From the NCBI GenBank assembly GCA_964252035.1, contig OZ176205.1: a stretch of 64,000 bases of DNA. One strand, written 5' to 3'. This stretch comes from Podarcis erhardii (lineage: Eukaryota). The translations under genes and the position numbers were made by a program. Positions 33,881 through 45,950 of the stretch are shown here, piece by piece. The notes under the pieces were generated by a model, which saw nothing but the letters and a program-made list of their open reading frames with translations, was not told the DNA's origin and made no database searches. Each line of letters begins with the position of its first letter. Position 1 is the stretch's first letter.

Positions 33881-35461
33881 GTGAGTGCAGCAGAAATCCT
33901 GTACCATTTTCCCCCTTGTTCCAAGATGAAGACTTTCATTATCTGGGCCTAACAAGTATAATGCTTCCTTTCTTTACAAGATTCCTGAACTAAATATGCC
34001 CCAAAGGGTTAAAGCTTCAAATCAATCATTTGTATTCCTAACACGTTTTGTTCCTCTCTGAACCCTGTCTTAAGTTGCTGCCCCTGGGTTACATTTATGT
34101 AGGCCTCCCAATGACATTGCTTTTCAGGCAGCTTGCAAACATAAAATATAATGTGGTAAAACAACAATTGCAGGAAAATATTGTCAGCAAAGGTAAGAGA
34201 GAGAATCATTTACTCAGCATTATTAAAAACACACCATGTGGAAGCAGTAGATTACAGTTCAAAACTTTAAATAATCACAGATCTGAAAATACTTGGGAGA
34301 AGTATTTTTAAAATACTTTAAAAATACTTTTTAAAGTATTTTACTTGGCATTGAAATGGCCATAAAGAGGTGGCAAGCAGGCCTCTCTGAGGAGGGCATG
34401 CCACAATTGGAGTACCACCACTTCTTGTTAAATGGCCTGGTTGATATTGCAAGGGAGAAAATATCAATGCCAAGTAGAAGAATTATTTTACTTCTTGCCG
34501 TTTTAGAAATAATGATTTTCTTATGGGTGTAATGAGATTAGTCTTTTTCCCCAATGGCATTGTTTTCACTTGGTTACCTGCTATAATCTCCAGCTGTCAA
34601 CAATACCTGCTTACAGCTAAAAAAATACATACAACTATAATTCCTGTTTGTTTCATTTATTACAGCTTTTTTTAAATTCCACCTTTCTTTCAACACCCTC
34701 CCCCAATGCTGTTTTGAAACAATGTGCAGGATAAAGGCCTTTAATATCTCACCTGGTTATATGGACCTGATACCTCAGTAATTTGCAAATTGGAGCTGAA
34801 CCTAACTATTACTACTGTGTATATAACAGCAGATTCCACAATTTTTGGTCTTAGGATAGACCTGCCTTCAGAGAAGTAATTAATTCAAGATGTATTTTGT
34901 AATTTTTATCCAATAGTACGTAAAACACAGTGTATTGTCACTAAGCAGGAATAATTTTTCAAATATTTTATATAGTGACCCTTTATTTTAATTGATTCTA
35001 CTTCCACTGCCAGTGAACAGAAAAACATGTACTTTTATCATCTTTAATTTGGTCAACAGTAAAGATTATGAAAATTAATCCCTGAAAAATTAAGAGCAAC
35101 TTTAAATTATCCTGACAGTGCAAGATTCAGAGCTGTAACATACTATGTTGGATAAAAGGAGAGAGCTCTTGAATTAATGAGGACTGTGCACTATGTAGTG
35201 AATACACGTGATCTGACTTTCACATACACAACTACAATATATTTCTGCTACTGAATAATTCTGGGATATGATTAATGAATACAATTGCAGTATTCTATTG
35301 ATCATCTTGCAAACATTTCCTTAGGGCACTTGGAGCTATTACTGGAAATGATTATAGCAGAAATGCTAATATTCTTCAAAAGAACATGATCATTTTTGAA
35401 AGCAGACCTAGGTTTTGCCAAATATATTGTATGTTGGCTGTATTTGGACATAATGCTAAAC

Positions 35462-35596
35462 CAGCATTCCCCAACTGGTTGCCTCCAAATGCTTTCAACT
35501 TCATTTCCCATCTTCCCCAACCACTGAGTACGCTGGCTGGGGTTAATGGGAGTTGGCATTCAAAGAATCTGGTGAGCATCAGATTGGAGAAGGCTG
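35462..35596. mobile_element. hAT-type palindromic MITE, 135 bp
   Basis: Perfect 8-bp TSD tgctaaac (35454-35461 and 35597-35604). Termini CAGCATTCCCCAAC / ATTGGAGAAGGCTG. Confidence 0.9.
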
Positions 35597-36869
35597 TGCT
35601 AAACCATGGTCTTGCATTATAAGAACAAACCTCAGTAAACCTTGGGCCAATATACCCAACCCTCCCCTCTGGCTTGGCTATAACAGGAAGATCATCACCA
35701 GTTTAACATGTTGTGTAAACCATAAGCTGTCATTAGTTTTAACTGTGGTTGGCTTAAATAAATTATCATCACAGACGTATGATATGACGTTGTCTTGTTT
35801 CCACTAACTATAGTTTGACCTAGTTCAGAGGACACAGCAATCTGCATCTAAAACCAGCATTGAAAGTTTCCAAACTCTTCTGCATGGCTGTGGTAGTGAT
35901 AGGGGCATGAGTCCTGGGCAACCTGTTGTTCGTTCTCACAATGCTAAAGTGTGGTTTAATATTGCATCTAAACCATTTCATTGTCTCTGCGTTAGATCAT
36001 TGTGAGTGTTTGGTGTCCCAGCATAAACACATCACTTGCTCTTCTTCCTCATTATCTTTACCAACTGCTGTGTTGTGTTAGTTGTATATCATATGGTATT
36101 TGAAGAACAGCTAAAGTTATAGGGTAGTTGGGAGTCTAAAATCAGCAAGGAAAAGACTGGAGCTTGGGTCTTAAGTTCTACAGTGCTTTGATTTTGCTTT
36201 GATTTGTTAAGTCACATAACCTACAAGATTCACATTCCTCTTTCAGTCCCCCACCCCACCTTTTCTATGTACCTGAACACCCTTACAGTTTCATTATTTG
36301 GAATACTGCTATTAGTCAAGCAGAACTAGCCCAGCCATAAGCTTAAGTAACAAGAATGATTATCTGCCTAGGATTAGCAATATATGAGTAGTTCAGAATC
36401 CTTCAGTTGGGGATTGCTTTACACTTGCTAAACAACTTAATCAACTCTTGTATTTTTGTTCATGCTTCCTTCAGGTTATTTTTAGTCTAGATTGGCACTT
36501 TCTGTAGACATAGGCAGTTCATTTATCTTTTTACTTTGGGGTTCCACTGAACTCTTGGGATAGAAATCTGTCATTGAGACTGTATTTTCCCACACCACTG
36601 TTTCCAAAGTCTCTCTCTCTTTGTAGTCTTTTACAAGGACTTGGTCAAGATGTCTTTGAAGATCCAGGTGTGGTAAAATTCTCTTTGCAGATCCTCCGCT
36701 TCAAGTAACTCATTTTTTTGGAAAATCAGTAACACTTCCAGCAACACAAAGGTTATTGTAAAGAGAATAGAAATCAACTGATCTCTGCTGAGTGGAGGAA
36801 GTGAGTAGATTAGCTTGCTGTTCCTCTCTCTATACTTTATGTGAATGGGCTAATGTCTGTACCTTGGAG

Positions 36870-36975
36870 AGTCCTGTTGCAAACTCATTCCCATGGAGAC
36901 ACTATAGAACAGAGTATTGGATTAGATGGGCTTTTGGCCGGATCCAGGAAGACTGTTATTATGGTTTCAGCTGAT
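36870..36975 (+). mobile_element. CR1-like 3' tail fragment
   Basis: agaacagagtattggattagatgggcttttggccggatccaggaagactgttattatg. Confidence 0.55.
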
Positions 36976-37119
36976 GGTCTAAAGCTGATGGAAGGCACTC
37001 TGTGCCACTGAAGTCACCTGAGCCTCAAGGGACAGCAAAGGATCCAGAAGCACCACCAAGCTATGTATCCGCTCCTTGAGAGGGAGTATAACCCCATCAG
37101 GAGCAGGCAGCCTCCCATT

Positions 37120-37690
37120 CATCTAGTCTAAGGAACTACCCACTAACAATGCCTCTGCCTTATCTGGATTGAGGTTCAGTTTATTGGCTCTCACCCAGTC
37201 CATTACCAAGGCAAGACAACAGGCCAGCACATCCACTGCCACACCTGCAGATATAAAGGAGCAGCAGAGCTGTAAGTCATCATCAGCTTGCTGATGTTGT
37301 ACATCAAAACTCTGGATAACCCCAGTCAGCAGTTTCATGCAGATGTTAAAAAGCATAGGGGATAAAATTGAACCCTGAGGAACCCCACACTGAGGGCTCC
37401 ACATTGCTAAAGAGCACTTCCTAAGCATCACCCTCTGGAAACAACCATCCAAGTACGACCAGAACCACCGTAAATTGGTGCCACCCACCCCTGTCTCGGA
37501 CAGCTGCTCTAAAAGGATACTCTGTGTGATGGTATCGAAAGAAGCTGAGAGATCAAGGAGAATTAACAGGAACACATTTTCCCTGCTTTTCTCCTGACAG
37601 AGATCATTCAGTGTGACCATAGCAGTTTCTGTGCCAAAACTGGACCTAACCATCATTTGAAATGGATCTAGAAAATCAGGTGAATAGGAG
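37120..37690 (-). pseudogene. L2-clade LINE reverse-transcriptase fragment (degenerate, truncated)
   Basis: Track ORF 37123..37656 carries FGTETA, LILLDLSASFDT, GVPQGSILSPMLFNI, QADD (decayed YADD) and WVRANKLNLNPDK. An upstream DFLDPF-like segment extends to ~37680. Confidence 0.92.
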
Positions 37691-37754
37691 GCTTTGCCTG
37701 TACTGGATATTGCATAAGATAAAACTTACTTTTAAGTTTCTTTTCTTTGTTTCT

Positions 37755-37900
37755 ACTCTCTATTCCATGACTTGGTCAAAGGCCTTAGAAGGTCCTTTAT
37801 GAGAAGCCATGTTAGAAGAGTGCTAGTTTTTTTGGTGGGTTTTTTTAAAAAGTGGGATGCAAATCTACGCAGATCACAATAGCTGACTCTCTTCATTTTC
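37755..37900 (-). mobile_element. Possible highly decayed CR1 RT remnant
   Basis: Reverse complement contains aacatggcttc (HGF-like), aaggcctttgac (KAFD) and agtcatggaata, with deletions between them. Confidence 0.3.
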
Positions 37901-38084
37901 CTGTGCCTCAAATAATTTAGCAAATAGTGATAGCTGCAAAAGGTGCACCACCTCTTTATTAGCAGAATTAAGAGGTGTTGGAAAGATATGTCTTTGAAAA
38001 ATCTTTGACCTTGATATTGCTTCCCACTTAGAGTAGTTGTATGCAAGGATTACACATATCAAGGGGTGCAACAGCAGATCTTTA

Positions 38085-38240
38085 AGGATGGGCAGCTTCA
38101 CATGAGACAGTCCTTCATGTAGCTTGGTTTCAAGCCATTTAGAGTTTTATAGGTAACAACCAGCACTTTGAATTATGTTCTGAAATGGATTGGAAATTAA
38201 TGTTGCTGATGGAATAAAAGGTTCACATGATCCCATCACT
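38085..38240 (-). mobile_element. L2 ORF2 C-terminal fragment
   Basis: Reverse complement translates H*FPIHFRT*FKVLVVTYKTLNGLKPSYMKDC, matching the L2 HWLP...FKVLV.TYKALNGLGP.YL.D motif. Confidence 0.8.
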
Positions 38241-39617
38241 TTGAAGTGATGAAGAACCAATGTGATCATTCCTCAAATACAATCATGCACATTCTACCAA
38301 ACATAGGACCTTCATTTTTACTTCATGAAAATAAACTCTAGTTTGCCCAGTAACTCTCAAAACCTTGCTTCAAGCTGTCAGTCATGAACATTTCAGTTTG
38401 TTTTTGTGTTTGACTTGGACCAATCCCACCTGTTCTGAAGCAGAACAGAACAATGTTGGAAAGAAAAAAGACAATTTTGTCCAGTGCTCAGATCCCTATA
38501 TTCCCAGAATTATTCACATAAATTGTCATGGCTATTTGTCACTAAAAAAAAAATTCTTATAGACTCTTAAAAAACAACAACCTCTAGAGTTAAAAAGAAA
38601 AGAAAGAATGGAAGAAAGCATGCAAAATGTATATAATGTGAGAGAAAAATGCAAGGCCTAGTTATAAGAATGCCCAAATAATGTAAATATCACTCTATTA
38701 ATTAGTTGTAAAGTAACATGTTTTAGTGGTCACATTTGCACCAAGTTTTAGAAAATATATGAAGAACTATTAATGAAGAAAAAGATACTAAAATTAAATA
38801 TTTAGCATTTTTAAATGATTAAATTAAAAAATTGGCATTTTAAATTATTTAAATCAATTCACTCTGACTAAAGTAGGTCTTAATATCCAGAAATCCTAAT
38901 GCATCTCACAACAAACTGTTCAGGTACCTTGTTAGACCTCGTATCAGCACTGTACTTGGGACATGCATGCAGTCTTGTCCAGCACAAGAAACTGAAATGG
39001 AGAGGACTTGAACCAGTAATGATTGGCAAGCGGTCAGGACTGAGTGAGGAATCTGCCGGCATTGCATCTTTAGCAGCAGCAGCAGGCTGATGGAATCTAC
39101 TCTACAAGCTTCAGAATGAATAAATGGATAGACGAAACAAGTTAGGGGGTTAGAAGTGATATTGACTGGGCCTCTTTAGCACAACTGGGTGCCTAGGATA
39201 GATGGGGTGCAGAGTTCAAGCTTGGGTTTTTGTGCATAAATGGCAGACAAAACATAGATCAAGCATATACAAGATAGGTATGTAAGAGAACTCAGTATGA
39301 ATTCCATGCTTCCACCCAGCAGCTGAGCTCAGCTTCAGAAGAGTTCCAGGGATCTGCTGCACAGTACACATGGAGGCATGGCAAGATAAAGGCAGGGGAT
39401 TTGTGAGAAAATGAAGCAGAATAAGAAAAGACTTCAGAAAAGGAGGAGTGCTCCCATGCCCAGTAAGAATCATGAGAAGCCTACTTGTTTCCTAGAAAGA
39501 ACTGTCAATCAGGAACATAACACATGATAAACTCCCTTAATAGAGCAAGAAAACAAGAGCCTGATAAACATGTCAGTAACATAAAAGATCGAACTAAGCA
39601 TTAGTTCTTCTATCTAT

Positions 39618-39912
39618 GAGAGCCAGTGTGCTATAGTGGTTAAGAGTGGTGGACTCGTAATCTGGGGGACCGGGTTTGCGTCTCCGCTCCTCCACATGCA
39701 GCTGCTGGATGACCTTGGGCTAGTCAGACTTCTCTGAAGTCTCTCAGTCCCACTCACCTCACAGAGTATTTGTTGTGGGGGAGGAAGGGAAAGGAGAATG
39801 TTAGCCACTTTGAGACTCCTTTAGGTAGTGATAAAGCAGGATATCAAATCCAAACTCCTCCTCCTCCTCCTCCTCCTCCTCCTCCTCCTCCTCCTCCTCC
39901 TCCTTCTTCTTC
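39618..39912 (+). mobile_element. Full-length MIR-derived squamate SINE (Squam3-like) with (CCT)~16(CTT)3 tail
   Basis: tRNA-like head gagccagtgtgctatagtggttaagag...gggtttgcgtctcc, CORE gatgaccttgggctagtcagac...cctcacagag, and 3' gccactttgagactcc...gataaagcaggatatcaaatccaaa followed by the microsatellite tail. Confidence 0.88.
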
Positions 39913-39919
39913 ATCTGTA

Positions 39920-40180
39920 ATACGTCAAGGACCATATGAACTTACTTGGACCCTGAGATCCTCAGGCTGGCACCTTCATTATACACTTAGGAGCCAGGTG
40001 AAAATGTCCCTCTTTAACCAGGCCTTTGGCTGAGTGACATCTGATGCTCTTTAAAAGTATGTTTTGGAAGTGGGGATTATAGAGGAGTTTGTGTTTTTAT
40101 TATGTATTTTGTGTCTTTTATGTTGTGAACTGCCCTGAGATCTACAGGTATAGGGTGGTATACATTTTATAAATAAATAA
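39920..40180 (+). mobile_element. L2 LINE 3' fragment
   Basis: ccctgagatcctcagg...ctttaaccaggcctttgg...tgtgaactgccctgagatctacaggtatagggtggtatac...aaataaataa. Confidence 0.75.
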
Positions 40181-43100
40181 ATTGGATCAACAAAATAGAG
40201 GCTGTCACAGATGAGTGCTCAATGTGGAAGGGCAGGTCTCCCCCTGTATTTTAGGGTCCAGGCATAACAGTGCAGCTGAAGTAACTTTCTGCTGCAACTC
40301 AAGGGCCAAAGTCAGTGTAGTCCAGGGTGAGCCACGGCCATAATGAAGAGGGAAATTTGGCAAGATAAATTGCTTGACATTATGGACACGCTGGTGCACT
40401 GGCATCATTACTGTAATATAAGTGGCCTCCTTGCATCCTGGGTGAGAACTGGAATAAAGAAGCTTTTTTTAGAAGAGATCCGCACTTAAATGAGGGACAT
40501 TTAAGTGAAAGTCTTTTTTTCATGCTGTTTTATATTCAGAGGTTTTTTTAAAAAAGCCCTGTGACTTAAGGGTAAGGAAAAATCAACCCAGCCCCCCTCT
40601 TTGCTCCTGCGACAGGAATACAGGGGAGAAGGATTAGCGAGCTAATTAGAAATGATTGCATCTATCAGCACTAATTAACAATACTGTGGTCTCACTTGTG
40701 TGTTCTTTTGAGCTGTTCTCCTTCGGGACAGCTCAGCAGTTGCCCCCCTTCCTCTGGGGCTCCTCCATCCCTCCTACGTTGATTAGAAGTGATAGTTGAG
40801 CTCTATAGTAGCAATTGGAAATTCTGTTCAGTGGCTTTCAAACAGCCCCCGTTTTTTCTCTCTCACACTCCAGATCCACCTCTGCCTGTATCAAGCTACT
40901 GCAAAAGGTGTTGGAACAGAAACTTTTTGTTAGCTCTTCTTCACTCCATTTACACTTTTCTTCATGCTGCTCTTACTTTGCGAGCAAAGCAATTTTTCTT
41001 TGCCCAGTGTCTCATGGGTCTCTAAGGTAGACTTTGTTGCTTAGAGCCCCTAATGCTCTTATTTGCTAGATGTTGTTGAAAAGTTTGCCAGCTGAGGCAC
41101 AAAAATCCTTTGCATTAGTACTGTGTGTGTCATGATAGCACACAAGCAATGATGGCAGAAAAATCTGCTGACGTATAACCGGTCCAAAAAGATTAAGGAT
41201 CAGTATAATGACAGGTCTAAAAGTTTTGCAAGGGCACTTAAAATTCAAGTTTAGTTTTTCATTAAGTGGACTTTTAAGTTTATAGAAATGATTATTCATG
41301 GACCCTGAGTTTTTATGAAGTGGTTTTCAAGTTCTGTTTCCATTATTCTCACACCAGACTTATGGAATAAGTTACATTATGTCCATAGGGTTTGCAGTAA
41401 AATGTTTTACAAATCATGCCACTGGGAGTCAACAGGGAATGTTGCCCCAGCTGCTCCTTGAGGGCAATGAGAAATATTTCTGAAATCCAGGTGGTTCGAA
41501 CCATGCCTCATACATATTGAGGATCTGAGCGAGTATGACATCGGAGGGGAGTCGTTATTGGCTCTGGATTTGGTAGTTGAGACCCACAAATGCAAGTCAG
41601 GTGGGTAAGACATACAGATTTAGGACAGATTTGCAAATCATATTCCTTGGGTGAATTAGGATTACCTTCACTTGCCAAAGTGAGAGAGCCCTGTGTGCAG
41701 CTTCTTGTGGGAGGGCTCTTGCTTCCACCTTGGAGAAAATGGGAACGAAAAGTCCAAGAAAGCAACCTCTCTAACAGAGACCTGCCGAAGATGGAGCTGC
41801 AGTCAGGAGATAGTGCCTGAAACTGTTTCCTCTTCCTCGTTTCCCAGAAGTGTGAGAGAAATAGTTAGGTGTGCCCCATCCAGAATGGACTATCTCTCTT
41901 CAGAAGGCTGCATCAACTCTTCTCATTCCTGTACTCATTCCCACATGCCAGAAAGGAGCTTTGTTATTCTAAACACAGTGCGTTAGCTGTTTAGACTTGC
42001 CCTCTTTTGTCTTCCTTTCCCTGCTGGAGAAGGGGGGGACAGAAACTTTGAGTCCTCTTAGCTCCACTTCAGGTATGATGGAGTTGGCTTTTTTGTTTCT
42101 TGAGAGAGTGTTTTAGTTCTAAGTATAGGAGGGAGAAAGTGGGCAGGTGCCTGTTAGCACTACACTGTGTAAACAGCCTAGTGATAATGGTAGCTGCACC
42201 TCTCTGCCCTGTGTTCTTCAGGTGGGGAGAGGAGCTCTAGAGTAGTTGGAGTGAGGATAGTGGCGATGGCTCAGGCAAATGGATTGCAGGTGGATGTCTG
42301 ATCCTCCTCTGCTGATTAACTAGCCTGTATTGTCAGCCCAAAGTGCTTGAATTTGCTTATATGTTAACTCCAGAGAAAAAGGCCCCAAACAGAAAAAAAA
42401 TTAATACCTTTATTGAGTCAACATTGGTCTGGTTAAAAGCTTTTGCTGGGTTCCTGTATTGCCTCCTTGGATTATGACTAAAAGCCTACCCTGCTTATGG
42501 CATTTGTCTTACTTTCTATGCCTCCCTTAATTTAGTTTTTGGGTCCTTTCTTCCCACCTGGTGTGTGCAGCATCTCGTTCTCGCAGTGAAGTTGCAATAC
42601 ATTACAATTTCTGCAGCAAACTGGCAGGCTCATAATGTCAATAATTGTTACTGCATTAAGTGACTTCTCTGTCATGTCATCTCTTGTTACTACACAGAAT
42701 ATCCTTGGGCTCTTATTTTGGTCTCTGTCAGAATTCTGACCTTCCTTATTAAGTTGTTCATTTCCCCTGCCTGTGATTGAAATATCTGATAATATTTGCT
42801 TAAAGCCATCTCTCTTAATGATCAATGTTGTTTTAATGCAAATTTTTCAGATGTTTTGTCCACATTTAATGAGGGTTCAAATTAATCAGCAGTTTGGTAA
42901 AGGAAAAAGTTCACCAGAGGGGCATGTCTCTTGAGCCTACAATAGAATTTTCTCCCCAAAAAGTAAACTTCAAGCTCCATAATTGGAATTACTTGTATAT
43001 ATTCTGCATTGCTTCTGCTTGTAGTCATTTTGGGATGAGATGTAGGAGATTAGGTATAGAATCTGAAATTGTAGGATTGAGCAAAGAGTACAAATAGGGA

Positions 43101-44305
43101 TAGAGGGACATGGTGCTGTTCTAAGTGAAATCTTCTGAGCACAATTAAGTCCAGTATAGTCCTGCTGTGATTTCTAAATATTTACTGGAAACTGCCTGTG
43201 TGTGTTTGGGTCTTTTCTCCATATTTCAAAGCCTGCTTACCTTTTAAGCAGAAACTCTCTTTCATAATTATAGAAATCATTTTGACAGAAACCGTTCTTT
43301 CTGACATCTTCACAGCTGTGCAGATTACTAGGCTCTTGGGGCTTCCCATTTATACTGATTGGTGTCTTTTCTTAGAGCAAGCTTCAGGTAGTCATGTTAG
43401 TCTGCAGAAGTGTTTTGTGGCATCTTTTATAGCAGTTTGAAAACTGTTCTCTAGTCAGTATATTGTAAAACACAACTATTGAATAAGTCTGATTAGGAAC
43501 AACGGAGGCAAAAATAAAATTGATGACTTATCCTAGGGTGGATTCAGGAGGCGAATAGGACCCAACTAGTATCTTCATCCCGACAGTGTGGGTTTTGTAT
43601 TTGCAGGAGATGCTGAACATGAAAATAGTGGTTCTTAGGCTTTCCCAGGGGAGGAACAGTATTATAAAGATAATGGAATCAGATATGCCCTTTTGAGGGC
43701 AAGGCACTTGGTTTGTGTTTAACTTAATTTCTACTGTGCCATGAGGATGGTCGCTCTTTTTGTTCACTAGGGGGGCATTTGGTTAAATTCATTAAAGGTT
43801 CTGTGACAGCACAAGATGAAACTTGAGCACAACTCCTCAAGATGAAGCAGGTGGAGTGTGGTGGGGAGGAAACCACTGAGGCTCGGTGGAGGAAAGAGCA
43901 AATGTTTGCCTTGAAACCTTGCATCTATAACACACTCACTCTTTGTAGCTTTCAGTTATTCATATTGTTTAATACCTACAAAGCACCTGCAGTTTTAAAG
44001 TTCCCTATATATCTTAAATTAAGTTCACAGATTCACAGTCTTAATAGACATAATACAAAAGAAAAAAAGAAGGGAGAAGCAAGTGAGCATTGGAGCAGCA
44101 GGTCCTTTATTGGCCAATGGATGGGGCCAGGTTGGTCTCCCCATTGCCAGTGTTCTTTCTGAAAGGCATGAGATGAAGCCTCACAGGGGCTCTAGGCTTC
44201 CTGACTGACATCAGAAACTAGTATGTTCTTCCCTTTGGTTCCTCAGTCACTGGGCAACTATATAACCCATTGTGTTTTTCTTTTCTCTCTGCTTTCCTCG
44301 CATAG

Positions 44306-44349
44306 CTCGGATTGGAAAAATGAAACGGAGGAAGCAAGACGAAGGACAG
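44306..44349 (+). CDS. RNF220: RNF220 internal coding exon, short form (44 nt): (A)RIGKMKRRKQDEGQ
   Basis: Acceptor ctgctttcctcgcatAG and proximal donor CAG|GTATGT, phase 1/0. Contains the basic KMKRRK cluster. Also seen within track ORF 44272..44493. Confidence 0.95.
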
Positions 44350-44427
44350 GTATGTCCCCTCTGCAGCCAACCTCTCTCAGGATCCGAGGAGGAGAGGAGT
44401 AGGCATGTCGAACAATGCCTTGCAAAG
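44350..44427 (+). CDS. RNF220: Alternative in-frame 3' extension of the RNF220 exon (78 nt): VCPLCSQPLSGSEEERSRHVEQCLAK, a CCHC zinc-finger-like motif
   Basis: The frame stays open past the proximal donor to a second donor AAG|GTAGAA, also phase 0. Pattern is C-x2-C-x13-H-x3-C. Confidence 0.82.
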
Positions 44428-44754
44428 GTAGAAGCACTGAGGGAACCCTACTGCCTCTCTCTCATTTCTTCCTACCCTCTGCTACTCCTGTGATCTGGGT
44501 AGAAACCAAATTTGCAGATTGAAGTCCACATGGCCATGTAGATCTGTACTTGAGTTCTATCTTGAAGTTTGGAGTTCTGTCTTGAAGTCTGGATTTGGCA
44601 ATCTCATTACTCTAAAGATGGTTTTCCTAACCTTTCAAATGAGAAGGGATAGCAGATGCTATTTTTGACTGTTAACTAGGAGACTGCCTGGCTTACTGCT
44701 AGACTTTGGTTATATCAGACAACTGTGGTTTAACCAAAATCCAGCAAAGCTCAG

Positions 44755-45150
44755 AGATGGACATAGATTGGAGAGAAGATGGTTATCAGAAAGTTTCTAA
44801 TAGACAGTAGTTTTTCTCCCTCATATAATAACTAGAATCCTCAGTCATCCTATGAAAGTGAATATGATGCAGCACATAGTTAATCTGCAGAATTCTCTGC
44901 CACAGGATCTAATGATAGCCATCAACTTGGATGGCTTTAAGAGGGGATTAGAAAAAATCAGGATAAGGCTTTCAGTGGCTACTAGTCATGATGGCTTTGT
45001 ATTACCTCTGGTATTACCAGTTGCCCACAAGTGTGTTCTTGTCCTGCTTGCAGGTTTCCCTGTAGGAATCTGGTTGGCCACTGTGAGAACAGGATGCTGG
45101 ATTAGATATGCCTTTGGTCTAATCCAGCAGGTTTCTTCTTCTGTTCTCTG
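44755..45150 (+). mobile_element. CR1 LINE 3' fragment
   Basis: ataactagaatcc...cagcacatagttaatctgcagaattctctgccacaggat...ttggatggctttaagaggggattaga...ggccactgtgagaacaggatgctggattagat...ctaatccagcagg. Confidence 0.85.
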
Positions 45151-45809
45151 ATTTTTGAAGGAAGTGTTTGTTTTTTAGTGTGGGGTTGGGGGACTCTGGT
45201 AGTACAACTGCACAGTATTAACGTTCTGAGCTGATTTCACTTAGGTTCTGGTCTTCCTGCAGGATAGGTGACACTACTCCATCAACCTATCATTCTGGTC
45301 ATGGTGGCTTTTATAGCAGCCTCTGATACAGCTGACTGTGGACTTCTGTTTTTCAGTTAACATACATTGCTGGCATAACTGGAGTTGCCTAATGGTGATT
45401 TGAACCATATTTTCAGGGTTGGAGTAAAACTGGCAATAAGATGATTAAGCATTGCCCTTGAAATGGAGCATTCCTTGAGGTTCTCTCCTATTGGCTGTAT
45501 TGTTTGGTGTATTTGTATAGTCCTGCCAGTGCTATATTAATAAATAAAAGTATTTTTGTAGCAGCACCTTCATACACTTCAGGCTGTGCTAAAGAGTTAT
45601 CCGATAGCAACAGCAATCCTGAAACTTGATTTAGAGTGTTACCCTTTTGCTCCTAGAAGAGTTGCAGCTCCAGCTCCACTTTTCTGCCTTATCTAACTTT
45701 CTAGTTTTGCCTAGTTCAAATAGTTTCTAAATTTTAGGCATACTTTCCACACAATAGCAAAGCTTATATGTGTGAAAGAACTTCATTCCTTTCATTGCAA
45801 GGAAGTATA

Positions 45810-45950
45810 GTTTTGGTCAGAAACTGAACTGGGAAGTCTTGAATTCAAATTTGGCCATGAATTTAGTTTTTGGCCTTGGGCAATAATGTCACAGCCTCTG
45901 TCCCTATGGTTAAATGGGATACTCACCTCATCCCACACTACCTTGGGGGA
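45810..45950 (+). mobile_element. Degenerate MIR-like SINE
   Basis: ggccttgggcaataatgtcacagcctctgtccctatggttaaatgggata is CORE-like. Confidence 0.35.

Noticed and set aside
35600-35980. Repeated aaaccat/ggttt-type motifs (similar at ~1290-1430)
   Set aside because: Probably an old interspersed repeat, but boundaries and family could not be supported by eye.
37123-37656. Reverse-transcriptase ORF as an active or domesticated RT system
   Set aside because: Catalytic YADD has decayed to QADD, it is truncated at both ends with no endonuclease, and it is an ordinary L2 fossil.
39770-40033. Poly-proline ORF
   Set aside because: Translation of the SINE (CCT)n tail.
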